A stretch of 64,000 nucleotides of DNA. It comes from Eledone cirrhosa. Lineage: Eukaryota. Below, one piece after another: positions 53,330 to 64,000 of this stretch. The notes under the pieces are model-generated. The model was given only the letters and a program-made list of their open reading frames with translations. It made no database searches and was not told the origin of the DNA. The first letter of the stretch is position 1, and each line of letters begins with the position of its first letter. The translations under genes and the position numbers were made by a program. The DNA is taken from positions 243,908,001 through 243,972,000 of the forward strand of contig OZ024742.1 of NCBI GenBank assembly GCA_964016885.1, given 5' to 3'.

Positions 53330-54171
53330 ATAATTTTTGCAAGCCTTTGGTCAGTAAATAGAGACTTTTATAAATAGATAAAAGTTATGGAAATTAATGA
53401 GAGGAGTAAAGATTACATGGGTACATGTTCTGTACACATATATGTTTTATATAAACACTCATATATTTCAGTAGACTGCAATGTTATGCTAATTATTAAA
53501 AAGGGAAAAGAAAGACAGACATATAGAAACTAGTCACTATGGGTCTTGTAAATTACTTCAAAGTGATCTATCTGATTATTAATAATTTGATAGTTGATTT
53601 GTTAAATGCAGTCAACAAACTATGGTTGAATATTTGACCTCTGACTTTCAAACACTGGTTTAACTTTGGTATCTACTTATTTGATTCTTACACCCACTAT
53701 AGACTTGAACAAAACATATTTTCCCTCACCCATGTATTGTGTATCATAGTAAAATTACATTAAGCAGGATTAGTTTACTAAACTTGTGTTTGCAATATAT
53801 ACTTATGTACAAGTTTCTCCTTTTCCACAAAAATACATAGAAAACCAGTATGTAACTTATCTACTGAACTTACAAAATTCAAAATTTACATTACATTGTG
53901 AATATTGTATGTAAAATGGAGGTGCAACTGGTACATAAGTATATAGAGTATATATCATCATTATCATCATCATCATCATTGTTCCTGTCTACAACATAAT
54001 CATCATCATCATCATCACCACTACTGTTTTATGTGCTTGCGTGGATTAAACAGACACAGGCCATTATGTTCTGAGGCCAGATAATTCAGATGACTATTTC
54101 TGTTTTCCTTTAGACTCACAACTAATTACTGTATATCACAACACATCAGTAAGAACATCATTAATGATCCA

Positions 54172-54279
54172 GCCGAGGTTAACTTTGCCTTTGCCTTTCA
54201 TCCTTACGGGGTCGATAAAATAAAGTACCAGTAATGTACTGGGTAATTGCTGGCCTTGTGTCAAATGTAGAAACAATTA
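54172..54279 (+). mobile_element. 5'-truncated SINE family B, 12-bp TSD
   Basis: TSD attaatgatcca at 54160-54171 and 54276-54287. Confidence 0.85.
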
Positions 54280-54598
54280 ATGATCCAATTGGTTGAAAGA
54301 AACATGTATACATGCTTCAGTAGGATCTCATTAGAGATTATGAATGTTAAAACTTCGAATGAAAATGCTGGCTGGCTACATTTTCCCATATGTATGATGT
54401 GATATCTTGTTAGTAATTCCAGGAGGAAAAGGACCTAGAGGTTACTGGTTAACAAATACAAGACATACTTTTTTAACTTTTACCATATCAAAGAAAGGTT
54501 CAGTAATGAAGAGAAGACAATCACATTCATTTCTCTCCAATAATAGAATTGTTTTCTAAACAAACTCCTTCATCATATATATATATATATATATATAT

Positions 54599-56128
54599 AA
54601 CCAGGTAATACTAGAGGGGGCCATACCAAAAGATTGGTGCAGTAGCATCATTGTCAACTGCTACAAAGGTAAAGGCGATGCACTAGATAGAGGAAACTAT
54701 AGAGGTATAAAGTTGATGGACCAGGTCATGAAAGTAACAGAAAGAGTTATAGCACAGCTGATTAGGGACCGGGTGAATATAGACGAGATGCAATTTGGGT
54801 TTGTTCCAGGGAAAGGCACCACTGATGCGCTCTTCCTTGTGAGGCAATTACAGGAAAAGTACCTAGCTAAAAGTAAGCCACTCTACTTGGCATTTGTCGA
54901 CCTTGAGAAAGCCTTTGACAGAGTTCCACGTGCAGTAATCTGGTGGGCTCTTAGAAAACTAGGAGTAGATGAATGGCTTGTGAAAGCGGTACAAGCCATG
55001 TATAGGGGAGCAGTCAGCAAAGTTAGGATTGGCAATGAGTATAGCGAGGAATTTAGCGTACAGGTTGGGGTCCACCAGGGCTCTGTTCTTAGCCCTCTCC
55101 TGTTCATCATAGTCCTGCAGGCAATAACGGAGGAGTTTAAGACCGGATGCCCATGGGAACTCCTGTATGCTGATGACCTCGCACTCATAGCTGAATCTAT
55201 GGTAGAACTAGAGAATAAATTCCAAACCTGGAAGCAGGGACTAGAGAGAAAGGGCCTCAAAGTCAACATGACAAAGACTAAGGTCCTTATAAGTAGACGA
55301 GAAAACAGAACCCAGATCCCCTCAGGGAAATGGCCTTGCTCAGTATGTAGGAAAGGTGTAGGTAGGAACTCCATTCTTTGCCCCAAATGCAAACAATGGG
55401 TACACAAGAGATGTAGCGGGATCTCAGGAAGCTTAATTAAGAATGTAGGATTCACATGCAGCAGCTGTGCTGAAACAGCAAGCAAACAGCCACAGGAAAC
55501 AAGTACCACCAATCTCTGGGAGGGCCCTGTAGAAACAGTAGACAGCTTCTGCTACCTAGGTGACCGAATTAGCAACGGAGGTGGGTGCTCAGAAAGTACA
55601 ATAACTAGGGTAAGAACGGGATGGAAGAAGTTTAGGGAACTACTACCACTGCTAGCTGCAAAAGGCTTCTCCCTCAGAATGAAAGGCAGACTGTATGATG
55701 CGTGTATCCGAACAGCGATGTTGCATGGTAGTGAGACCTGGGCGCTGAAGGTGGAAGACTTACGTAGATTAGAGAGAAACGAAGCCTGCATGCTCCGATG
55801 GATGTGTAACAGTAATATACGTGAACGACAAAGCATAAATGAATTGAGAGAGAGACTGAGCATAAGAGGAATCAAATGCTGCGTGCAGGAGAGGCGGTTA
55901 CGCTGGTATGGACATGTGATGCGTATGAAGGATGACAGCTGCATAAAAAGGTGCAGAGCACTAGAAGTTGATGGAAACCGCGGAGTGGGGAGACCCAAGA
56001 TGACTTGGGATGAGGTGATAAAAGCCGACCTTACCCAACTACACCTCTCAAAGTCAATGACACACGACCGTGACTTCTGGCGTCACGCAGTAATACAGGG
56101 TACCCGACCTCCCATGGGTACATGCTGA
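54599..56128 (+). CDS. RTE LINE ORF fragment: reverse transcriptase, PHD-type zinc finger and RTE C-terminus
   Basis: Frame is open from 54599 (NQVILEGAIPKDW..KGKGD..NYRGIKLM), with QFGF, FVDLEKAFDRV, GVHQGSVLSPLLF, LLYADD and RRLRWYGHVMRM..GRPKMTW motifs. No native start because of truncation. Confidence 0.9.
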   Translation, partial: NQVILEGAIPKDWCSSIIVNCYKGKGDALDRGNYRGIKLMDQVMKVTERVIAQLIRDRVNIDEMQFGFVPGKGTTDALFLVRQLQEKYLAKSKPLYLAFVDLEKAFDRVPRAVIWWALRKLGVDEWLVKAVQAMYRGAVSKVRIGNEYSEEFSVQVGVHQGSVLSPLLFIIVLQAITEEFKTGCPWELLYADDLALIAESMVELENKFQTWKQGLERKGLKVNMTKTKVLISRRENRTQIPSGKWPCSVCRKGVGRNSILCPKCKQWVHKRCSGISGSLIKNVGFTCSSCAETASKQPQETSTTNLWEGPVETVDSFCYLGDRISNGGGCSESTITRVRTGWKKFRELLPLLAAKGFSLRMKGRLYDACIRTAMLHGSETWALKVEDLRRLERNEACMLRWMCNSNIRERQSINELRERLSIRGIKCCVQERRLRWYGHVMRMKDDSCIKRCRALEVDGNRGVGRPKMTWDEVIKADLTQLHLSKSMTHDRDFWRHAVIQGTRPPMGTC

Positions 56129-56430
56129 AGCATATAAACAATATGCCCCCCCCCCCCCACCGCAAGGTGGTCGTGGAGGTGCCACGGCAAAAAAGCACCC
56201 AGCCCACACTGTAAAGTGGACGTGTAGGCGCCACGAAAAAGCACCCAGCACTCACTGTAAATGAGGTTGGTGTTAGGAAGGGCATCCAGCTGTAGAAATC
56301 AAGCCAGATCAGTTCCTGTATGAGCAAGGCATGGTCAGCCGACCAGACACTGCCCACAACAGGACAACCCGTCTAACCCATGCTAGCGTGGAAGAACGGA
56401 CGTAAAACGGTGATGATGATGATGATGATG
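54599..56430 (+). mobile_element. 5'-truncated young RTE-clade LINE inserted in (TA)n
   Basis: Uninterrupted RT ORF, 3' UTR with repeated aagcacccagc..cactgtaaa units, (GAT)n tail, TA repeats on both sides. Confidence 0.95.
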
Positions 56431-56849
56431 ATATATATACTGTAAATGTGGTTGGCGTTAGGAAGGGCATCCAGCCATAGAAATCTAACCAGAAACAGTC
56501 CTATATGAGCATGGCACCGTCACCCGACCCAACTTACCTCCAATGGGACAAACCTGTCTAACCCATGATGATATATATATATATATCATCGTTTAATGTC
56601 CACTTTCCACACTAGCATGGGTTAGACACACATACACACACATATTGTTGGTTCCTCTATGAAAATATAAAATATACCCAGTACATTTTGTAAAGTAGCT
56701 AATGTTGGGAAGGGCACCCAACCATAGAAACCACACCAAATCAGAAATAGTCGTTTGAAGGACAGCAGTTTTGGTTATGCATTACTTAGTCTATAACAAG
56801 TTGCCCAACACTTTCCATCATAGAAAATGGACATAAAATAATTATAGAG

Positions 56850-56949
56850 TATATATATGACTTCTACAAGACTAGAACTGTTTCATTCGGGATTCCTGAT
56901 GATTTCAGACAAATGAAACAGTTCTAGTCCTGTAGAAGTCATATATATA
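56850..56949. repeat. 38-bp inverted repeat overlapping a CTGATGA..GAAAC..GTC remnant
   Basis: Arms 56850-56887 / 56912-56949 with one mismatch; (TA)n flanks. Confidence 0.85.
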
Positions 56950-57071
56950 TATATATATATAATAATAAAGATGCTTGTACTCTACCTTGTATTGAGGTCC
57001 CTTTTTTTAACTGTGGTTACCCTCCCCATCTAATGCATCACAACTTGGAAATCCACACACACACACACACA

Positions 57072-57119
<48 letters not shown>

Positions 57120-57127
57120 CACACACG

Positions 57128-57186
<59 letters not shown>

Positions 57187-58009
57187 TTATAAATTGAATA
57201 TGAATACAGACTAGTTTCTCTCTAAACAACTACTACACATTATTTCTGTCATTTAATGAATATTTGTTTATTTATACTTAACATTTGCTTATACATGGCT
57301 CTAAGATAACATGAATATTCTTTATAACTATACAGTAAATGCTCTGTACTTTTTTATGAGTAATGTCAAAGTTAGTTTATCTGTTGTTTACAGATTTATA
57401 CTTCTAAGTTTCTTTTTATATAGTTTTTTCTCTCTCTATTTTTGTGTGTGTTTACTTTTTCTCTTGACTGTGCTAACCTAAGTTTCTACATTTGTTTCTC
57501 TTTGCGCCATCTATATACAGTAGTAATTGTTGATTGTGTGGGTATTGGTGTTGATATGAGGCTCGCAATCAACTTTGGTCAACTAGATATCTGCGTTGTG
57601 GAGATAGCTGATGAAACGTTTGCCTTTACCTACAAATGTTTCATCTGCTATCTCCACATTTTTGTCAGTGTAATTTCTTTTCAATTTAAATTTTTCATAT
57701 ATATATATATATATATAAGTATATATTAAGAATGCAAATAGTTACTTATTATATACACTATGAATAAATGATAAACTCTGATTCCTGTAAAATATTATCT
57801 GTACAATACATTTTTTTTTACCTCATGCCATTTTTAAGATCACAGTGATATTCTTTTCTTTTTATATTTTCTAGTTTCAGTCATTGAATTATGACTGGAC
57901 TAGGTTTTAAAGGTTTAGGTCAATTATCAATATATATATACCACAGTATATCAAATGGCCTTCTTTTGAATGTGATCTAGGATGTCTGTGTAACAACAGC
58001 ATTGCCCTA

Positions 58010-58600
58010 GACATAAGAGCAGTACTCAACCTTTTAGAAATTTGGCAATTAATCAAGGTTGAAATATTTCCTGAATACAAATTGGGATCTTAGTCTGCAA
58101 TTTTATAAGGGCTGGGTGCTATAAGAGATCATCAGAGACTGTGATAAGTAAAAGTATTTGTTTTGTATTGTTCATGACTAGAGAGAGTAAAGTAAAATCA
58201 TTGCTATATGTAGTGATTGTGTCTTTGTACTGTTGAAAGATGACTTGATAGTGTGCTTTTATGTAATAATGTTCTCAGAAGCATTGTATGTCTGGCCTGA
58301 GTTGTTTAGGTTGTGTATTGAGGATGATTGCATGTGAAAGGTTAAAGTGGAGTGAAAGTTGGTATCATCTGCATGGGTTAATGAGTTGTTAGTATGATTT
58401 GAGTGGGTTATGAATGTACAAAAAGAAAGAGTGTTGAGGATGTTAGTGAACTTTAAAGTACATTAAAGATGATAGAGTGTAACTTCATTTGTACTTCAAA
58501 GATGTGATTTGACAGGAAGTTTCTGAACCAAGAACTATGAAATGGATTCAGACCATAAGTGAGCAGCTTATCCAAGGTTGAACACAGGTTGAAGAGTTGT
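58010..58600 (-). mobile_element. Decayed CR1/L2/Jockey-group LINE RT fragment
   Basis: Minus strand reads LDKLLTYGL..SWFRNFLS and later HADDT (YADD-like). Confidence 0.5.
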
Positions 58601-59282
58601 TGATGGGAAGTACAATTAGCTTTTGAGGAAACTCACAAAGGATGATGAGTTGAGAAAGAGATTTATTGGGATAGATGTTTTTACTGCATGAAATATGACA
58701 ATCAAATGGTTAATGGTGAATGTTTGAGAAATAGCAGGGACAGGCAACAGAGGAATTTAGAACAATAGAAAGGTGAGCATTAGCCATAATAACTTAAAAT
58801 TATTACTGACACCCTGATGAGAGAGGAAAGTAGATTCTATTTATGCAGAGAAACCGCCTTTCAAATTAAAGTTGGAATATTGAGTGTCATTTGAGATTCT
58901 ATTGATGTCATTAAAGTAATTTTAAATCAATGTTCTTTGACACATATTTGTGAAAAGTGACAAAATGTTATTGCTTTCTTCAAGAATAATTCTTACATCA
59001 ATGTAATTTGGTAAATCAGGACAACCAATTAAAAGGAAATATTGATGATGACAATGACAATTGTTGATAGTGTTATTATTATCATTCCAATTTCATTAAT
59101 TAATTAATGAGCTTGAAAACAGAGTAATAGATGTGGTGCAGAAGTTAGTTTGTGAACTGGTCTTATGATTTTGAACCATCGAGAAAGGTATATATATCAT
59201 ATTCGATGGCTTTTCTTTAATTTACTTGTACATGTTACCTGTACAACTCAAAACTTGATATGTTTGCATGATGTTCTCTCTC

Positions 59283-59314
59283 TATATATATATGTATATA
59301 TATATATGTATATA

Positions 59315-59379
<65 letters not shown>
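59283..59379. repeat. (TA)n microsatellite (others at 13474-13531, 14328-14421, 17362-17431, 17637-17696, 23535-23608)
   Basis: Direct inspection. Confidence 0.95.
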
Positions 59380-59382
<3 letters not shown>

Positions 59383-60103
59383 ATTTTTTAATTGGTTGCT
59401 ATTAATTGTATTAATTTTATTGATAACACTAATTGATTTGTTCGATTATTGCCATCACACTATTAAATATCTATGAGTATACTCTGTCTCTGGAATTCAT
59501 TTCAGTTATCATTGAGAAAGATAGTGTGTGGCATGGTGCCATAATGCCATAGGTACACTAAGTATTTTGTGGTAGTGTGATTTCTTAAACGCGCGCGCGT
59601 ACACACACACACACACACACTGTATTTATTGGTATATTTTACACAGAAAACCTTTCCTATCTTTCACTAGTATGATTGGTGGTATTGTAATTCAGGTATT
59701 GCAGAAATAATGGAAAACTAAATATCTTAGAAATATCAGTGTTAATTTTTAAAAATTACCTAAAAATTGTAGGTTGATTTGTTTTATTCATAAGAAAAGA
59801 AAAACGATGAGCTTATGTATTTACTGCAATATTTTTTATTTATGAAAATAAAAGCCATAGTATTAAAAATTGTCTCAGACACTCTCACAAAAATATATTT
59901 TATATTTATTTAAATAGAAAAATCTATTCAACTATTAGAAATAATATTCTTGGCGATAGTTATTTTGCTTTGCTTTACAAATTTCTTATTTCAAATATTT
60001 CAAGATTTAATTCAAAATACTGGATAAATAATCAATATTTAAAATACTATTTCCTATGGAAGATGTCTTTGATTTTACACACGCACGCACGCACGCACGC
60101 GCG

Positions 60104-60152
<49 letters not shown>

Positions 60153-60849
60153 TGTGTGTGTGTGTGCACTCGCACATACATTTGAAGGCGTTAAACAATG
60201 ATGATATACACACACATATATATATGTATGTGTGTGTGTGTTCATATAACCAACATATAAATCAAATAATTTTAAAACTTGATGACACCGAAATTAATTC
60301 TCATAATTTTTCTTTGAAACTGTTGGCTTAAAAAAAAAGGAAAATGCATCTTTATGACATAAAATATCTACTAATCTCATTTCTGACTCAGTTGCTGTTT
60401 ATTCTGTGATAATTTAATATACAACAAAATTAATCGATCTTCATTTTATGCCAGCCACATTCCTATAACATTTGGTTATTTAAGGCCCTAATGAACAACA
60501 TTATCTGTCAGCTCCTTGTCTACAGATTTCTCCTCTATGCTGTCATAAAGAAAGAAAAATGTGATTAGTGGTTATCTATATATAAATTTCTGCAATTCTG
60601 TCACAACACGTAAAGAAAGAGGAGTAGTTTGACTACCTCATACTACTCCTCTCTTTATGTCTGCTGCTTGCGTGAATGTATGTGTGTGTAAAAGGAAGGA
60701 AGGGGAAGCATGTCTGTATGTGCACGTTTATATTTATACACCCATATATATAAATGTATGCATATGTACACACATACACATACGCATCAGCGTATAGAAA
60801 AAAATTGTAGTTAATTTATAATACTGTTAATATTACCTACTAAGATGTT

Positions 60850-61490
60850 AGAATGGGGAGGTTGTTGAACTGGATCCTAGGAATGTAGTTATGATGGAAG
60901 GTGTGAACATTTTTTGTTAGTTTGGAGACATGTTGAATGGAGAGCACTGAATCAGACTCTGTGACAGTAGCTAGTGTGAACTGTGCATGGAAGAAGTTCC
61001 AGGAACTGAGTGGTGTGCTAATGAGGAGGGGGTGTTACTGAAACTGAAGGGAAAGATATATACTGCATGTATGAAAAGTGCCAAGATTTATAGGAGCACG
61101 ACATAACTGATGAACATAGAGCAACAGAGAAGGCTGGAAAGAATGGAAATGAGAATGGTCCAGTAGATGAGTGGTGTATCACTGAGAGAGAGGTAGATAA
61201 ACAATGAATTGCAGAGGATGGTGGGAATAAAGTCAGTGATGAATGTTGTGAACATAAATGGAATGAAATGGCTGGGTCATGTGTTGAGGAAAGGATGAAA
61301 GTGACTGGGTGAAAGGGGTGATGGAAATGAATGTGAAAAAGTAGAGGAAGGGAAAGACAAAGAAAGAGAAGGTAGTGGGGAAGGAAATGAAATCTAGGGC
61401 ATTGGTAAGGGAAGGTGCAAGCAATAGGGGAAAATGGAGAAGCTTGTCAACCTCTAGTTTATAAGGGCAAATAGTCTTACATACTTGCTG
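60850..61490 (+). mobile_element. Old RTE LINE 3' fragment with multiple stops
   Basis: FC*FGDML..AWKKFQELSGVL..LKGKIYTAC..RLERMEMRM..WLGHVLRK motifs. Confidence 0.75.
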
Positions 61491-61827
61491 TTGTATGGTA
61501 GAATGGAGTAGAGGACTTGACTAAATAAATATCTAATAGTATTTAATTTTATTCCACTGCATTCTAAATTCCACTCCTGGTTTTCAGGTGTCAATACATT
61601 AAGCAACAGATATGTATTGTGGATAATTAAAATGACTATACCCTGTGCCTACAAATTTGTAGCCTTATACTAATATAAGAAATCAATATTATCATGAGAC
61701 TGTTTAGTAGTTTACAAAATATCAGTCTACATAAAACAACACTTTGAAATAACTTTTGTTAATTATTTATAATCAGTTTATTTCTTAAACAAAGCTAAAT
61801 TACTTGAAAACATACGCATTTGCATTT

Positions 61828-61909
<82 letters not shown>

Positions 61910-61910
61910 C

Positions 61911-61953
<43 letters not shown>

Positions 61954-63033
61954 TGAGAGCATTATTTCTTGGAGGAGTCAGGGAGGAAATGTCGAAATCT
62001 AATAAGTAAAAAGGAATAAAAGAGTTGACATTTAATGGAAGAAAGAAAAACCTTTAGTAATATTGGCATAGTTAATTGGATTATATGGAAAGTGAAAAGA
62101 AGAAAATATAAATATTATTATTTGGGTTCATTGAAAATTATTAAATGATCTTTAGACAAAATGTTAGATGTTGGAAAAGGATGAGTAGTGAATATTGTTA
62201 GAAAAAATACTTAGTAGAAGTATTTAACTCTTAATATCTAGTACTACATGAAGACGACATAAGCAAAACATTCTTGAAAAGTACAAAACAACACTATAAC
62301 TGCCACACATAAATTAACGCCTTTACCCTACCTAATACTGAACATTTTCACTAGCAAAGATACTCTAAGCATTTGGATTAACAAACCTGTTTTTAGATAT
62401 TTTCGACATTTGTACATTATTCTATGCACCTTTGATGAGTTGTAATGCACCTGAGCTCTGTACACAATAATTTTCATTATATATTATATTTTTATCATAA
62501 CTGAGTATTGAGAGTTAAAGAGTTGTGTTTCTAAACTGGTTGTTTATTTATCAAGCCTGAAAAAGTGAAAAGGAAAGTTGACCTCTGCAGTATTTGAACA
62601 CAGAATACAGAGAATCAGAACAAATACTGCTATGTTGATTTTTACATGCAAGCATAGAAAATGGACATAAACTGTGATGATGCAGGATTATCTATTGATA
62701 TTCAGATGTTCTTTACAGAATTTTTGATAATATAATATACCTGCATTTTTTTTCAATTTGTTTCCTTCTTTTGTGTAGTCGGATCAGTAGCTTTCATCTA
62801 CTAAAAGTTAAATCAAAATGTTAAGTAGTTAAATCTCTAGCAAGTAGCAATTCTGCTACTGTTTTTAGATAATAAAGTTTAGAATCAGTTCCTGTATTAA
62901 CTCTCCTTTTGTTAGCATATTTCTAATGAATATATAGCACAGGTTTCAATTAATTTTTTTTTTAATGAAAAATTTGAAAGAATTTAGTTAACATAGCTTA
63001 ACTTTACTGTTATTTAGATTATTACTTAATGGA

Positions 63034-63260
63034 GACAAGATTTGCTGGACATTGGTGGAAAGCAAAGGATCAGATCATCAGCGATGTTCTTTGGGAACAC
63101 GGGTATGGAAGGGTTGGTCGACCACACTGACCTACATAAAGTAACCGTGCGAGAATTCTGAGCGCACCTGAGAAGATCTACTGCAAGCATTGGCAGACTG
63201 AACAAACTGGAGAGAATGAGTCATGGTGATCCTTGCAATAAGCATGCCCAGATGATGATG
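63034..63260 (+). mobile_element. RTE LINE 3' end with a 10-bp target-site duplication
   Basis: RFAGHWWKAKDQIISDVLW..GRP..W motif, (GAT)n tail, TSD acttaatgga at 63024-63033 and 63261-63270. Confidence 0.75.
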
Positions 63261-63408
63261 ACTTAATGGAAGATTCTAACATAAAATTTATGGTGGGATG
63301 TTTAATTTAGATTATAAACGAGAACTTTAAAAAACTTTTAACTACAGCCCATGTAGTTTCTAAAAATGTAGGGTACTATTTTTTTTTTTTTTGTCTAATT
63401 ATAAATGT

Positions 63409-63540
63409 TTATACTTTTGGCACAAGGCCAGCAATTACCCCAGTGCATTACTGGTGCTTTATTTTATCGACCCCATAAGGATGAAAGGCAAAGTTAACCA
63501 TGGTGTCTGATGCTCTACCGATACTACCATCCACCGCCCT
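63409..63540 (-). mobile_element. SINE family B, internally deleted
   Basis: Reverse complement of family B head and tail. Confidence 0.8.
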
Positions 63541-63914
63541 TCAGAAAATTATAATGAACCCAAAACTTATACCACCAAAATTTGATAAGTAAAAATTTTG
63601 GCATGACTTCTATTTTTATAGATTACGTTTGAAAGTAATTTCTTTGACCCAAAGCTTTTTTTATTAGCCATACTATATCTGTTGCTATCAACAGTGCTTT
63701 TAACAATCCCTTGTCAAGTCAGCTACCCTCCAAGGCTCCTTCATCTTTACAGATGACACAACTACTTACCTCATACATTCCTATATCACTCAACAATCCT
63801 TTATTTTTCCATGTCTTTAAATCCAAATTCTTGTCTATTAATATGACTAAAAGCAATAATTCTCCTGAAACATCCACTTCTATCATTTCACTTTCCCTTC
63901 CACTAGCTGTAATA

Positions 63915-64000
63915 TAATAGTTGTTTCTACTTTTGGAACAAGGCCAGCAATTATCCCACTGCATTACTGGTGTTTTATTTTATCGACCCCGCAGGGATGA
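63915..64000 (-). mobile_element. SINE family B 3' part, runs off the window
   Basis: ttgtttctacttttgg.acaaggccagcaatt..ttatcgacccc. Confidence 0.8.

Noticed and set aside
54883-55998. 209-aa and 148-aa minus-strand ORFs
   Set aside because: Antisense shadows of the RTE reverse transcriptase ORF with no independent motifs.
58814-58856. CTGATGAG..GAAAC hammerhead-like words (also about 18527 and 44169)
   Set aside because: No consistent stems I-III or cleavage triplet could be built.
46096-64000. Second coding exon of ZMIZ1
   Set aside because: Looked by eye for an LLDWCGDPRAF-like exon and found none; it probably lies beyond the window.

Overview
AT-rich, microsatellite- and transposon-dense animal genomic DNA; the SINE, RTE and MITE repertoire looks like that of an octopus (coleoid cephalopod; inferred, not checked against a database). 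The only host coding sequence I can support is one short + strand exon (CDS 46033-46095, [21 protein letters not shown]), which matches the N-terminus of ZMIZ1. Several candidate non-coding 5' leader exons lie upstream (6691-6716, 21497-21620, 27268-27280, 42990-43065), so the window is probably the long spliced 5' leader and part of the first coding intron of a ZMIZ1 orthologue. The introns carry a young 5'-truncated RTE LINE with an intact RT and an embedded PHD-type finger, two tRNA-derived SINE families, TTAA-flanked MITEs, and decayed RTE, Tx1/L1, CRE, CR1/L2-like, Penelope-like and mariner fragments. The most striking feature is a near-perfect 255-bp-arm palindrome (13556-14085) with a complete-looking type I hammerhead ribozyme (U3-A8 core variant) in each arm, arranged so that its antisense copy is always transcribed first. 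Further hammerhead motifs and hairpins occur elsewhere. All alignments and folds were done by eye.
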